Source of the DNA: Mayamaea pseudoterrestris
Taxonomy: Eukaryota
Assembly: GCA_027923505.1 (NCBI GenBank)
Contig: BROI01000006.1
Location: forward strand, 310,001-374,000
Direction: 5' to 3'
Length of the DNA: 64,000 nt
Both the position numbers and the translations under genes were made by a program. Position 1 is the first letter of the stretch. Each line of letters begins with the position of its first letter. Below, piece by piece: positions 1-12,479 of this stretch. Below the pieces are notes generated by a model that made no database searches, had not been told where the DNA came from, and saw only the letters and a list, made by a program, of their open reading frames with translations.

Positions 1-203
1 GCATCGTACTTCATATTATAATTGCAAAGCGGTGACTCAATCATCATGCGCGTCCTCTATAACTCTTCAACTACAGACTACAATTTGTGCTCTACAACGT
101 AATTCGCGGATATCATTCTATGAGTAGACTTTAATAATTAGACTCATAATAATGGCTAAAATACTATCTTATATGCATGCAACATTAACATTTGAACGAC
201 GCT

Positions 204-3200
204 TTAATCAGCGCATCGTTGGGTCTGCTCAGGTGACATTCCAGCTCCGACGGGCAAGAAGCACATTTCGCCGTCTGGTGCTTGGGCAGAAACTCGAAGA
301 ATATTCGCGATTATGTCATCGGTTGCGACTGCGGCTGTCCTGGCTTCGGACGGCGGGTAGATTTGCCAAAACTTTTGTTTCTCGGTCTCCCAATTATTCA
401 AAATCTCGTCGGCGCGTTCGCTTGATGTCAATTGGAAGTGACGCTCAATCATAGCTTTCAATTGCGCTTCCCCTTCAGTCGTTACAATTCTCTGCACTTT
501 GACAATTTCTGGATTCACTTTCTTCATGAATGTTCCGTCGTGATCGTAAAAGTAGCCAAGACCACCCGTCATGCCAGCACCGACGTTGCGTCCAACACTT
601 CCAAGCATCACTACAACGCCTCCTGTCATGTATTCGCAGCAATGGTCGCCAGCTCCTTCGGCAACTGCGAAGGCGCCACTATTACGAACTCCGAATCGTT
701 CACCGGCGCGGCCTTGAGCATGAAAGTCGCCACCTGTCGCCCCATACAGGCAAGCATTACCTACAATGCTTGCGTCTGCAGCGAGAAAGCCTGCTTCATC
801 CGGCGGAACGACCACGAGTTCTCCGCCGTGCATTCCCTTTCCAACATAATCATTCGCTTCTCCTGTGAGGCGGATTGTTGTGCCAGGCAAGGTGAATGCC
901 CCGAAGGATTGGCCTGCACTTCCGTCAAATTGAACTGTGATCTTCCCCATGAAATCCGAATTGCCATGAGCTCGTGCAATCTCACCTGATAGCATAGCTC
1001 CAGTACTGCGGTCGGTGTTCTTGATAGGAAAAGCGACGATGATTTCACCTTGGTTGTCTGCAATCACTTTCTTTACGTCAGGATGATTCGCAACTTCTCG
1101 GTCAAGGTCAGAACTAAAGCCGTTGACGTGCACAATTTCCTCTTTTCGAACAAGCTCTCCATTTTCAAGCGCAGCCCGAAGGAAATTACGATTGTCGCTC
1201 ACTTGTGGGACGCCAGAGAAGAAAGGGGTCAAATCGACGCCTCGGGTTTTGGCGACTCGTTTCGATTGAACTTCGCTTTGCTGTAATAGGTCCGCACGGC
1301 CGATCAGATCCTCAAATTTTGAATATCCAAGATGAGCCATGAGCTGTCGTACTTCTTCAGCAACAAGTGTGAAGAAATTAACGACGTGCTCGGGAGTGCC
1401 TGGGAATTTTTTACGCAGCTCCTCTTTCTGACTGGTCACTCCCACCGGGCAGGTATTTAGGTGACACACTCGCGCCATAATGCAGCCTTCTGAAATCATG
1501 GCAATCGTTCCAAAACCATATTCCTCCGCACCAAGCATAGCTCCAACGACCACGTCTCTGCCCGTACGGATTCCGCCGTCGACTCGAATTGTGACGCGAT
1601 CGCGAAGGCCATTGTTGAGCAAGGCAGAGTGAGCTTCAGTCAGGCCCAGCTCCCATGGACAGCCAGCATGCTTGATAGACGAAAGCGGGGATGCCCCAGT
1701 ACCACCATCATTGCCAGAAATTTGGATCACATCCGCGGATGCCTTCGCAACTCCACAAGCGACAGTACCAATGCCCACCGAAGAAACAAGTTTCACAGAA
1801 ACTCCAGCTTTTTCGTTGATTGCATGAAGGTCGTGAATCAACTGGGCGAGATCTTCGATACTGTAGATGTCGTGGTGCGGCGGAGGAGAAATAAGGGTCA
1901 CTCCCGGTTTGCTAGCCCGTAGACCTGCAATATACTCAGACACCTTGGGACCAGGAAGCTGACCACCTTCACCAGGCTTGGCACCCTGCGCCATTTTGAT
2001 CTCGAGTTGCTTGGCTGTCACCAGGAATTGGGGAGTGACACCGAAACGTCCACTTGCTACTTGATGCACAAACGAATTGGCACTGTCACCATTCTTCAAA
2101 CCCGCCAAATGTGGAAATGTCGCGCTGCGTCCCTTCTCATCGACGTCATTTATAGGAAGGCAACGAATGATGTCCTCTCCGCCTTCGCCAGAGTTAGACT
2201 TGCCTCCAATTCGATTGACTGCGATAGCGAGCGTCTCGTGGGCCTCCCGACTAAGAGCACCGAGCGACATGGCTCCTGTGCAGAAGCGAGTCATAATATC
2301 AGCAGCCGACTCAACCTCTTCGATCGGAATACTCTGTCGATCCGATTCAAAATCGAGCAAGTCGCGGATATTTGCCAAAGGAGCCGACTCGAGACTCTTC
2401 TTGAAGATCTCATAGTCGGCTGCACTTTTCGGATGGACGCCGTCATTCTCTAACTCATCCCGGTTGGTGGCAGCACTCACTGACTTGTCGAGACCTATTG
2501 CCTTGTGAAGAAGCTTTGCCATGTCGGACGAGTTTATATGATACTCTCCTAATGCTGGAACCGGCTTGTAAAACCCATTATTGATAAGCTTCATCTTTGC
2601 CTCAGCAGCTTCTGGACGCATCATAGCAATTTCATTTGCAATATCCTCCAACGTCATACCGCCGATGCGACTTGTCGTCCCTTTGAAACTTCTGTCAATG
2701 ACTTCTTGGCTGAGTCCCAAGGCCTCAAAAATTTGCGCACCTTGATATGATGTCAAGAGGGAGATTCCCATTTTAGACAAAATTTTAAGCAGTCCATTCT
2801 CCACCGATGTGCGATAGTTTTCCTGCGCTTGAGCGACAGTGGCTTTCATCAGTTTCCCAGCTTGCATCTGTTTCTGCACCTTTTCGCTGCTGTGCCACTG
2901 TTTGACAGTTTCCAAAGCGAGATATGGGTGAACCGCGTTCGCGCCATAGCCAACTAAGCAAGCGAAATGATGAGTCGACCAAGCCCCTCCAGTTTGAATA
3001 ACAATACCAGCGTCCATTCGAAGTCCCTCCTCAATTAGTCGGTGATGCACAGCGCCCACGGCCAACATTGGAGCGATATATGTCGTATCGTCCAGTTCAG
3101 CTTGATCCTTTGCCTTGTCGCTGAGTACAAGAACTTCAACCCCTCCACGAATTGTCTCCACTGCATCATCGCACAGTTTGTCCAAAGCCGCTTTTATCTC

Positions 3201-5333
3201 TGCTGGACCGCCCGCAAGAGAATAACGAGTTGATAGCGTTTCCTGCTTAAAGCCGCCATTCTCAGGATTGGCGTGCTCAAGTACACGGTCCATCTCTGTC
3301 TGAGTCAAAACTGGAGATTGCAGGTGGATGAGACGTGCACCCTTTTCAGAAACCTGGTAAATGCTTTCTTTCTTTCCCAGAGTTGTTCCAAGCGACATGA
3401 CAACACCTTCGCGAAGAGGATCGATCGGCGGATTCGTAACTTGAGCAAATCTTTGTTTAAAGTAGTTAAATAAGGGATGATTTCGCTCAGATAGAACGGA
3501 CATTGGCGCATCGTCACCCATAGAATAAGTCGTCTCTTTGGCAGACCCTGCCATATCTTGTATTTGCATGCCAATATCCTCCAAACTCCAGCCAAACGTC
3601 GCCTGGGCGAAAGTAGTCGTCTTGTCATCGTAAATTCTACTTTCATCTGGTTCCATTTTTACAACGTCCTTGCGTCCCTTTGCAATCCATTCACCATAAG
3701 GATGACCTGCGTCAAGAAGCGTGAGCAAGTCTAAAAGAAGCAGCCTATATGCAAATATTCATTCTCGATACTTACGTTTAGCAATCATGCTTTTGACAGC
3801 AATATTGTCCATGAATTCGCCGGTTTCCAAGTCGACATTAATCATTTCCCCGGGTCCTAAACGTCCCTTCTTTACAATATCCGCTTCGTTCAAATTCGGA
3901 ATGACTCCAGTTTCACTCATCATGTACACAGTTCCGTCCTTTTCGATCGAATACCGGGCAGGTCGCAAACCGTTTCTATCCAGCGATGCACCAACCGTTT
4001 TTCCGTCAGAGTACAGAAGTAGGGCAGGTCCGTCCCATGCCTCCAAGAGACCGCTGTGAAATTTGTAAAAATCAACAATCTCTGGATTGTTATCAAGACT
4101 TGGGTTATTTTCGTACGCCATTGGCACCATGGCCATGAGTGCACATGGAGCGCGATGCCGAGACTTTGTCATGAGTTCAAAAACGCCATCCAAGTTTGCC
4201 GAGTCAGAGCGATCCAAATCAACGACAGGTTCCAAAAAGAGAGGAACATCCTGCGTGTCGAGCATGGTAATTATATTCTCTGTTCTCTCGTAATCGACGA
4301 TGTCCATGCCGGAAACCTTGTTCTTAGCTGCCTCACGCGCCTTGACCCAGTTAACGTTACCAAGAAGTGTATTGATTTCTCCATTGTGACCAACAACGCG
4401 CATTGGTTGCGCCAAGGGCCATCGCGGATTAGTGTTTGTCGAAAATCGTCGATGGTAAATAACAAACTTGGAAGTGTAGTCTTCGTTAGTCAGGTCTTTG
4501 TAAAATGCCGGCAGTACTTCCGACTTGACCATGCCCTTGTATACAATGGTTCTGGAGCTAAAGGAAGCAAGGTAAACTTCATCATCATCCCAAACGAGCC
4601 CACGCTCACGTCGCACGACGCCAAATCGACGTCGCAACAAGTAAAGCGTACGTTCAAACCCATCACGCTCATTGTCATCATTCAAGCTCGCAGGAGCCTT
4701 GACGAAAAACTGCCAAATACTGGGCATTGCCTTGCGAGCGCTCTCTCCAAGCACGGACGGATTGACAGGAACTTCTCTCCATCCCAAGAATCCCAATTCA
4801 TTCGTCTTGCAAACATCCTCAATCAATTCCATCGACGCCTTTCGTCGATCATCATCACGCGGCAAAAACACCATGCCTACCCCAGGTTGCATGCAACTGT
4901 CCGATACAAAATCCTTGAACAGTTTCCATGGAATTTGCGTCATGATTCCGGCACCATCGCCCGACTCGCCGTCGCCTCCGCAGGCGCCCCGGTGCTCCAT
5001 GCAGCCCAAGGCTGACAAGCCTTGCTGCAGTACGCGATGCGTGGCCTGTTTGGTATTGGCAATGAACCCGACGCCGCAGGCGTCACGCTCCTTGACCAAT
5101 GGCATGGGACCGTCAAACATGTTGGAGGGGGCGTCCGTGGGAAAGGCGAAACGTTGCGTGGTGGTTGCTGTTGAAGTAGTGCTCGGGCGCGAGCAATGTG
5201 ATTGATCGGCATGCTGCCTAGAGTCGGGACGAGTCGCGACAGAGTATTGTAATAAACTCTTGGATGTCAGAGACTGCGGTGCAAAGGCCTCGACGCCAGC
5301 GGACACGAGCAGTAGGGAAAGAGCCGACTTCAT
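204..5333 (-). CDS. Ferredoxin-dependent glutamate synthase (Fd-GOGAT), plastid-targeted; 2 exons, intron 3707-3775
   Basis: ORFs 3759-5351 and 204-3728 join across a GTAAG...GCAG intron to read AKR/HPYGEW. Motifs: ERDACGVGF (amidotransferase Cys), HRRFSTNT, GKSNSGEGGED, CIMARVCHLNTCPVG (3Fe-4S) and GXGXG repeats. There is no NADPH beta-subunit fusion. Presequence MKSALSLLLVSAGVEA-FAP. Confidence 0.95.
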
Positions 5334-5810
5334 AATGATGGTGATGGCCAATGAAAGTGCGTCAGGCGTGTCGAAAGAAGAAACAGTGAGATGAACAAAG
5401 TAGCTATCCCTACGAAATGCTCAAGTCCTCAGTTTGTTCTTCTTCTTCACTTTCAGCTGCGACTGGAAGCCAACAAGAATAGAAGCAAAAGTACTGGCGG
5501 AGAAAACGAGAGACGTGAGCTGCGTTTGTTCCGACGTTTCTTCCTTGCAAATGCACCTTCGCGCAGTCAGTCGAGTTCGAAGCACCAGAACCACGAAAAT
5601 TGAGTACCGATGTGATATTCTTGTCACGGTACGACATTTTTGAAAATCCACGGAGGATTGCAATTTGCTCATGAGCGCTCATGAAACGAAGCTAGCGTGA
5701 TATTGAAGCACAGTATCAATCACAACAGTCGCTGGAGAGTACATTCGGGAAGCTCTCGCCAGCACCATGGCATCCTTCGCCCTCGATTACTGCTACATTA
5801 AGCCCATACC

Positions 5811-6443
5811 ATGTCGGACGCCAAGAGCATATTCCTCACCAACGAGAACTTGGCGTTTTCGTTGCCGTTGATTTCGGTGGTTTCCATTTACGTACGTTTC
5901 GAAGATGATTGTCCGTTGCATGCTCGACAAGCTTCTAAATCGTGGTTGGTCGACCAAAGTGATGTCCCTCATCTCACCATCATTCTTCTCTTTTTGTTTC
6001 CACAGCTCTACTTTAAGTTTATTCCCACGGGAATCGCCTTGTCGTTAATTGCAGGCGTCGCGCTGATTCTGTATCTGCGAAAGCAGGTCAAAGCCCGTAC
6101 GTTTCAATCGGATGATATTGTTTACGATTCTCGTCGTATTGCTAGTGGTTGTCAAGTCTAACGAATCTGTATCTCACAACAAACATCCCAATTCATTTCA
6201 GAAAAAGACCACAAGCTTACGAACCTTGACGAGAATTCGATTCGCGAGCTGGTTGGCGAGGAGCACGCTGGCGACAAGTTGCTGTCCAAGGCCAAGAGGC
6301 AGCAACTCAAGCAGCAACGAAAGCAGGTCAAGGCCCGACTGGCCAAGGACGGCATTGTCGCCGACGACGACAATGATCAAGGAGAGGACGATGAGGATGA
6401 TTTGGGTGTCTTTGCCAAGACGACAAAGGCCAAGAAGCGATAG
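5811..6443 (+). CDS. Small membrane protein, unknown function; 3 exons (introns 5892-6005, 6097-6201)
   Basis: GTACGT donors and CAG acceptors give a continuous frame with two hydrophobic segments, then a charged tail ending KTTKAKKR-TAG. Confidence 0.65.
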
Positions 6444-6540
6444 ATTGTTGGATTGTCGCGCGATGGAGAAGGCATATAAGGCTTATTCGATGGATAGCTA
6501 AAACATGTGCTGTGACATCTTTCACTTGAGTAAACCTATC

Positions 6541-7421
6541 TTACAACTCACCACATTCTACAATTCGAATGGGAATTTTCGGCTTGCTGCTATCAACTGG
6601 AGCTGCTTCCACCTTGCGAAGAGTCGTCATGCTATCCGCATCCAACACTTGACCAAAAACAACGTGCTTGCCATCCAGCCACTCGGCCTTGGCAGTTGTG
6701 ACAAAGAACTGACATCCATTTTGGTTTGGTTGCCCAGCATTGGCCATGGACAACCGGCCTGGTTGATCATGCTTGTGTAAAAAGTTTTCGTCGGCAAACG
6801 TTGTTGTTCCGTAGATGCACATTTGCCCGGATCCATCACCATTGACAATGTCTCCCCCCTATACAAGAGCGAAAGGTTAGTTAAGCCATTCGGAAAGTCT
6901 GCCCATAGTCGCTCTGACGCTGCATCAGCTACTGTCCATGCTCTCTTTGCATATTGCATACTCGCCTCTCGTCATCATGTTAAACTTACCTGTATCATGA
7001 ACCCAGCAATAATGCGATGAAATGCTGTATCCTTGTAGCCTACGGGTTGCTCATTCTGACGATATTCTCCAGTGCAAAGTTGGCGAAAGTTTTCGCAGGT
7101 TCGTGGGCACTGACATAAGGAATAAGGAATGATAGCATGCAATATGTGAGTGCAGGAGCGAGCAACGGTGACGTGCGGCATGACGGCCTTTTTGAACGTC
7201 GCTTTGCAGCTTGTCAACCAGATCAATACTCTACCAGTATTGACCTTAACAATCACACTGTATTTACGTACATCCTTGACAAAGAGCTCCAGTTTGATGC
7301 GACCGAGCGGAACAGCTTGATCCGCATTCGGTCCCATGGCTAAATCGAAAAAGACGACGACGTTTCCTCGCTCAATGGCGTCCATGACGGCCGGATCGGG
7401 ACCTGATGGAATGTTGCTCAT
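6541..7421 (-). CDS. Cyclophilin-type PPIase, cyclophilin H-like; introns 7110-7271 and 6859-6989
   Basis: Spliced frame reads [85 protein letters not shown]. Confidence 0.93.
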
Positions 7422-7778
7422 TTTGTTAATGGATCGCTGTGTCGTTGTATGATAGCAAATGCGATAGAAGTACAATACAATGCAAGTTCGACGGTATGAC
7501 GGCAATGGTCAAAGCGTGACAGTTGTCTCTTCGTTACTGCGGAGTACCGGAACGACGTCTCTTGACAGCCAATGCACGCAAAACACACTTGCTCGTGATC
7601 CTCACGACCACAACGCCTCTCAACTACCGCAAGAACAATCTTTCAATCGCTTCTTGCACATGTACAAGATCCGCAACGAACGTTGATATAATCTAATATC
7701 GTTTCCGGTCTTGTTTCAACGATTCTCGCAGCGTGAAAAAGTTGCCATCAACACTGCCACTCTCGACGAGGGTTCTGA

Positions 7779-10700
7779 ATGAGGCCCCTTTCTCATCGAG
7801 TCCAGCGTCAATTTGGACCTTTTTCATTCTATCTTATTTGCATCTCCTGGTGCTTTAACGGAATTCAGGCCTTTTCCAGTATGCTCCGAACGAGGCGGCT
7901 TGTTACGAATGCTACTGCTCGACGAGCAGTTGACGATTTGCTGCAAACCTCGCGTAGGCGCCTAGCACTAAATCACCTCATACGACCATGGCAAAGCCAA
8001 GGATCTTTCTACCCAACAGCAATAAAATTAGAAAACAATCATCGACTCTTCTCGACTGCGGCTCCGCAAGAAGTAGCAATCGCGCCCGCATACATTGACA
8101 TTGAACTCGATCCGATTGCAAATGAACTTGACTACGACCATCTTGATGGCGCCTTGCCTCCGCAGAACCACGATACAATAAATGAATCAGTGGAGCAACG
8201 CTTGCAGCGCCTCCAAATACGGAGTCAAACGAAACCCGGCGGAAATTGGAAACCTTCTCATCCTGTCGACTGGGCCAAGCACTTTGGCACTCGATCCGCG
8301 CACGATTCCGAACGTCTCAAGTCCCTCGTCCAACTGCCATCAGACCACCCAAACTACCATGACGTTTCCAACTTTTCCGCCCCCGACGGCGTGACCATGG
8401 TGCGTACGCGCGAGCACGCCAAACGAGTGGTGGCTCGACTCATGGACGCTGCCACGGATGGCAGCGTCATGCACGCCTGCGACACGGAGGTCATGGACAT
8501 TGATTTAAAGTCAGTCGGACCAGTGGGTAATGGTTATGTAACATGTTTGAGTGTTTACTCGGGTCCCGACTTTGACTATGGAGATGGGCCAGGCAAAATT
8601 TTATGGATTGACAATTTGGATGACGCTTGTGGAGTCTTGCAAGAGTTTAAGGAATGGCTGGAGGACGATCGACACTACAAGGTTTGGCACAATTACGGAT
8701 TTGATCGACATGTACTTTGGAATGAAGGCATTCTAGTAAAGGGCTTGGGAGGTGATACAATGCACATGGCGCGACTCGAGAACACAGCCCGGGCAAAGCC
8801 ACTGTCGGACGGCGGCGGTGGAAAGGGATATTCCTTGGAGGTGCTTACGGACGAGTTGGTCGGCAAACGGAAACGACCCATGAAGGAGGTGTTTGGAGTG
8901 CCGCGAACGCGAAAGGATGGATCGCCTGGGTCTTTGGTGGACATTCCGGCAGTAGAGGAACTGCAGCGCAATCCACAATTTCGGCAGCAGTGGATCGAAT
9001 ACAGTTGCTTTGACGCGCAAGGCACGTGGCTGATTCGCGACGCTTTGGAAGAGAAACTGAGACAACTGCCCTGGATTGTTCACGAACAGAAAAAGTACAC
9101 TCTCTACGAGTATTACATGATGCACATGCGACCATTCGCCGAGGTTTTGACGGATATGGAGCGTCGCGGCATTCGCGTCGACGCCAAGGATTACTTGGCA
9201 TCTGTAGAGATGCAAGCTCGCCAAGATCGAGCTCGACATTTTCAAAAGTTTCGGGAGTGGGCAGCGACAAAGATTGGACCAAATGCGCTGGCGCTGAATG
9301 TTGCTAGCTCGGTGCAACTGCAAACGCTGCTATTTGGCGGAGCAGTGAATGAAAAGACAAAAGAGATTGTCGAAGCGGTAAGAACTTTTAAAGTACCTCG
9401 TGAGGAGATACCGGAGGATGCACTGATTGCTTTGGCGAAGCGAGACGAGGAAGAACTTGCTGCGAGCGACCCGGCGGACGCGAAGGACCACCTTGAAGAC
9501 ATGAAGGCCGTGCAGTTGAAAGCTTTGTGCAAAGAGTACGGGCTTAAAGTGTCTGGCAAAAAAGCTGATCTTCAGGATCGTATCAGGCAACACCTCTTGT
9601 CTCTCACCGAGCCACAGCCTGCCGATGGAATCGAAGACCTTTCCGAAACTGACTTGCGTGACGCGCTCATTGCACGCGGAATTTCCTGCGAGGGCACCAA
9701 AGCGGAGCTATTGGAGCGATATCGCGAAGATATTGACTACACGGAGAAAATGGTGAAACTGCAGGCCGCCGATGGCCGCGACGATTACGCCGTTGTCAGT
9801 CAGATGCTGGAGCAGACGGCCTTACAAGGTGGAACCATGGCTGACCATTTAAGCCACATGCAGCAAAAAGCTACTGAGCCCTCCAAGTTTGTGGATGTAA
9901 CTATAAGTGGCCTTGGCCTGGCTCCAGAAAAGTACACAACGGGCGGAGCTCCGAGTGTCACGGCCGATGTCATTGCTCGCTTGGCTGGTGATCCCTTTTC
10001 TGATCCACCGAAATATGGTACCGCCTATGCCAAATTTGGAAAGGAAGGCTGCGAGGCTTTTGCAAGTCTTGCAGCAATTGGCTCGATTGATACTATGATT
10101 GCCAATTTTCTGACCAGCCTTCAGGAGCTTGCAGATTCGGAGAGTCGAGTGCATTGCTCACTCAATTTAAATACCGAAACTGGCCGCTTGTCGTCGCGAC
10201 GACCAAATCTGCAGAACCAACCGGCACTTGAGAAAGACAAGTACAAGATTCGGAAGGCCTTTCAATCATCGCCGGGAAACAATCTCATTGTTGCAGATTA
10301 CGGTCAGCTCGAATTGCGAATTCTTGCCAGCATTACACATTGTCAATCGATGATTGATGCATTTGATTCCGGGGGCGACTTTCACTCGAGAACCGCCATT
10401 GACATGTTCCCATACGTGAAGAATGCAGTGGATCAAGGTGATTGCCTCTTGGAATGGGACTACAGCCAGGGCTCGCCACCGAAACCTTTGCTGAAGGACG
10501 AGTACGCTTCGGAGCGTCGAAAAGCCAAGACGCTCAACTTTTCAATTGCCTACGGCAAGACTGCACACGGATTGAGCGCTGACTGGGGTGTATCGGTACA
10601 GGAAGCCGAAGAAATGCTGAAAGCTTGGTATGCTGCACGGCCCGAGGTGCAGAAGTGGCAGGCCAATACGAAACAGATTGCACGCGACTATGGCATTACG

Positions 10701-11060
10701 CGGACCCTGCACGGAAGGTATCGCCACCTTCCTGATGCCAGGACGAAGAACCGCAAGTTTTTAGGTCACGCCGAACGAGCGAGCATCAATACGCCAATTC
10801 AAGGTGGCGCCGCAGACATTGCCATGATGGCCATGATCAAGATTAATGAGAGCGAAAAGCTCAGACAGCTTGGGTGGATTTTGCTGCTGCAAATTCACGA
10901 TGAGGTGATTTTAGAAGGTCCAGAAGAAACGGCTGAAGAAGCTTTTGAGGAGGTGTTGAAGTGCATGCAGCAGCCTTGGGTTTTTGGCCTTGATCCCATG
11001 GCAGTGCCGCTGCTTGTGGATGGCTCATGCGAGCACAAGACTTGGTACGATGCTAAGTGA
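7779..11060 (+). CDS. Organellar family A DNA polymerase (POP-type) with 3'-5' exonuclease and two inserted SAP motifs
   Basis: Exonuclease motifs ACDTEV, WHNYGFD and YSCFDA. Polymerase motifs TETGRLSSRRPNLQNQP, VADYGQLELRILA, ERRKAKTLNFSIAYG and LLQIHDEVILE. N-terminal targeting-like extension. Confidence 0.92.
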   Translation: MRPLSHRVQRQFGPFSFYLICISWCFNGIQAFSSMLRTRRLVTNATARRAVDDLLQTSRRRLALNHLIRPWQSQGSFYPTAIKLENNHRLFSTAAPQEVAIAPAYIDIELDPIANELDYDHLDGALPPQNHDTINESVEQRLQRLQIRSQTKPGGNWKPSHPVDWAKHFGTRSAHDSERLKSLVQLPSDHPNYHDVSNFSAPDGVTMVRTREHAKRVVARLMDAATDGSVMHACDTEVMDIDLKSVGPVGNGYVTCLSVYSGPDFDYGDGPGKILWIDNLDDACGVLQEFKEWLEDDRHYKVWHNYGFDRHVLWNEGILVKGLGGDTMHMARLENTARAKPLSDGGGGKGYSLEVLTDELVGKRKRPMKEVFGVPRTRKDGSPGSLVDIPAVEELQRNPQFRQQWIEYSCFDAQGTWLIRDALEEKLRQLPWIVHEQKKYTLYEYYMMHMRPFAEVLTDMERRGIRVDAKDYLASVEMQARQDRARHFQKFREWAATKIGPNALALNVASSVQLQTLLFGGAVNEKTKEIVEAVRTFKVPREEIPEDALIALAKRDEEELAASDPADAKDHLEDMKAVQLKALCKEYGLKVSGKKADLQDRIRQHLLSLTEPQPADGIEDLSETDLRDALIARGISCEGTKAELLERYREDIDYTEKMVKLQAADGRDDYAVVSQMLEQTALQGGTMADHLSHMQQKATEPSKFVDVTISGLGLAPEKYTTGGAPSVTADVIARLAGDPFSDPPKYGTAYAKFGKEGCEAFASLAAIGSIDTMIANFLTSLQELADSESRVHCSLNLNTETGRLSSRRPNLQNQPALEKDKYKIRKAFQSSPGNNLIVADYGQLELRILASITHCQSMIDAFDSGGDFHSRTAIDMFPYVKNAVDQGDCLLEWDYSQGSPPKPLLKDEYASERRKAKTLNFSIAYGKTAHGLSADWGVSVQEAEEMLKAWYAARPEVQKWQANTKQIARDYGITRTLHGRYRHLPDARTKNRKFLGHAERASINTPIQGGAADIAMMAMIKINESEKLRQLGWILLLQIHDEVILEGPEETAEEAFEEVLKCMQQPWVFGLDPMAVPLLVDGSCEHKTWYDAK

Positions 11061-11405
11061 TGAAGCATTGTTTAAGACGGGCTGGATATCACTAGACCAA
11101 GCATTCGGCTCAGGTACCACTATGCAACTCTGGGAGAACGACAAGAAGGCTTTGATGCAGTACCTGTTAGTAATAAACTGCAGACTGTATCGGTACATAG
11201 CATTGGTATACATACGCAGCTACACTTTGCATACAACATAGCTAGTAGGAACTCGTGACTCAACTTCCTTGACTGTGAAGCCGGCGAATCTTCCAATCGG
11301 CGAGATCTTGTTTTGCTTTGACCGAGCGTACACAAAGTCAGCCTGCAACTCTCCATCATATCTCCCTGAAAGAGATATCTACAATAGAGAAAATGAAATA
11401 AGAGC

Positions 11406-11939
11406 ATGGACGAGTGCAGCGTTAAGGAACACGGCTTTGAAGCTGCCGTCACTTGCATCCTCACGTACGGAGGCAACCGCACCGATACGGCAATCAACTA
11501 CACGATTTTGCTTATTAATCTCGCGGCTTGTTACTTCATTGTTGCTAAGGAAAGGAACCATGCTCAAAGTATCTGTGCTATCAAGAGTTTTGCATTGGTT
11601 GTTTGCTTCCAGATTCTTCTCTGTCTTCTTGTTGGCTGCTCCGGAATTTCCATCATTTGGTGCGCCTGCGCTGGATGGATGATTCGAAGGATGAAACTTC
11701 ATGGACAAAGCAACGAATATACTGCCTTGGCTGCAGCTAGTGATACTGTGGATGCTACAGCTCGAACTCATCGATGCGACACGCAATGGCTGATTCTGGC
11801 GAGTCAACGAATAACTCTGGGCATTGATGCACTCGCTGTCATGTATTATTTTTGTACAACTGAGCTCATTACAACCATTGCGCATGTCTGTGCCGTGATT
11901 CTCGGCATGATGCTCTATAGTCCTAATCCACAGTCTTGA
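11406..11939 (+). CDS. Possible multi-pass membrane protein (hypothetical)
   Basis: 177-aa ATG ORF with about 4 hydrophobic segments. It competes with an antisense 215-aa ORF, and no family was recognised. Confidence 0.3.
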   Translation: MDECSVKEHGFEAAVTCILTYGGNRTDTAINYTILLINLAACYFIVAKERNHAQSICAIKSFALVVCFQILLCLLVGCSGISIIWCACAGWMIRRMKLHGQSNEYTALAAASDTVDATARTHRCDTQWLILASQRITLGIDALAVMYYFCTTELITTIAHVCAVILGMMLYSPNPQS

Positions 11940-12479
11940 GAAGAGCCGATCCCGTTGTTGCCTGATGTTGCCGATACACACAATGGTGCCTTTGCAAACT
12001 GAGAGTTGGCGAGTAACACAGCACATCTGCAGTAAACACCACCTTGCTTGCTGACGGGGCGCTGCTGGATTGCTCGGCCAATATTGCGGTCGATACTCTG
12101 GAGCCGACGCTTATGTCCTTAAACCACGGCGGTGCAGAAAAGGAAACGTTATGGGCAGGATTCTGCATCAGTGCCCGGTGCCCGAGGCTGCCCTCTGACA
12201 ATCTCGGCATTCTACACTACAAGTACTGACAATGATCTTTGGTGTCAAGGTATTGTTGAGCTGGTTCTCCCGATAGCTTACTATGGGAAGTATAAGCACA
12301 GTCATTGCGGTGTTTAACGAGTGACCCAGGGTCTCCGCTTTTTGCTTCTATACGTATGTGCCTTATATTACAGTATCCCTATTTATATACAAATTACTCA
12401 GGCTTTTAATGCTCAACATGTAAATGTTCTTAAGCGATATTCGATACGCAGTCCTCTTTCCTAGAGCAACGGTTGCTTG

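Noticed and set aside
432..5205. Long plus-strand ORFs (for example 4056-5015) and the 52385-53026 ORF
   Set aside because: These are antisense shadows of the GOGAT and ADP/ATP carrier genes.
7779..11060. Viral or phage polymerase indicating an endogenous virus
   Set aside because: It has POP-type motifs, a targeting-like N-terminus and housekeeping neighbours, and no viral genes are nearby.
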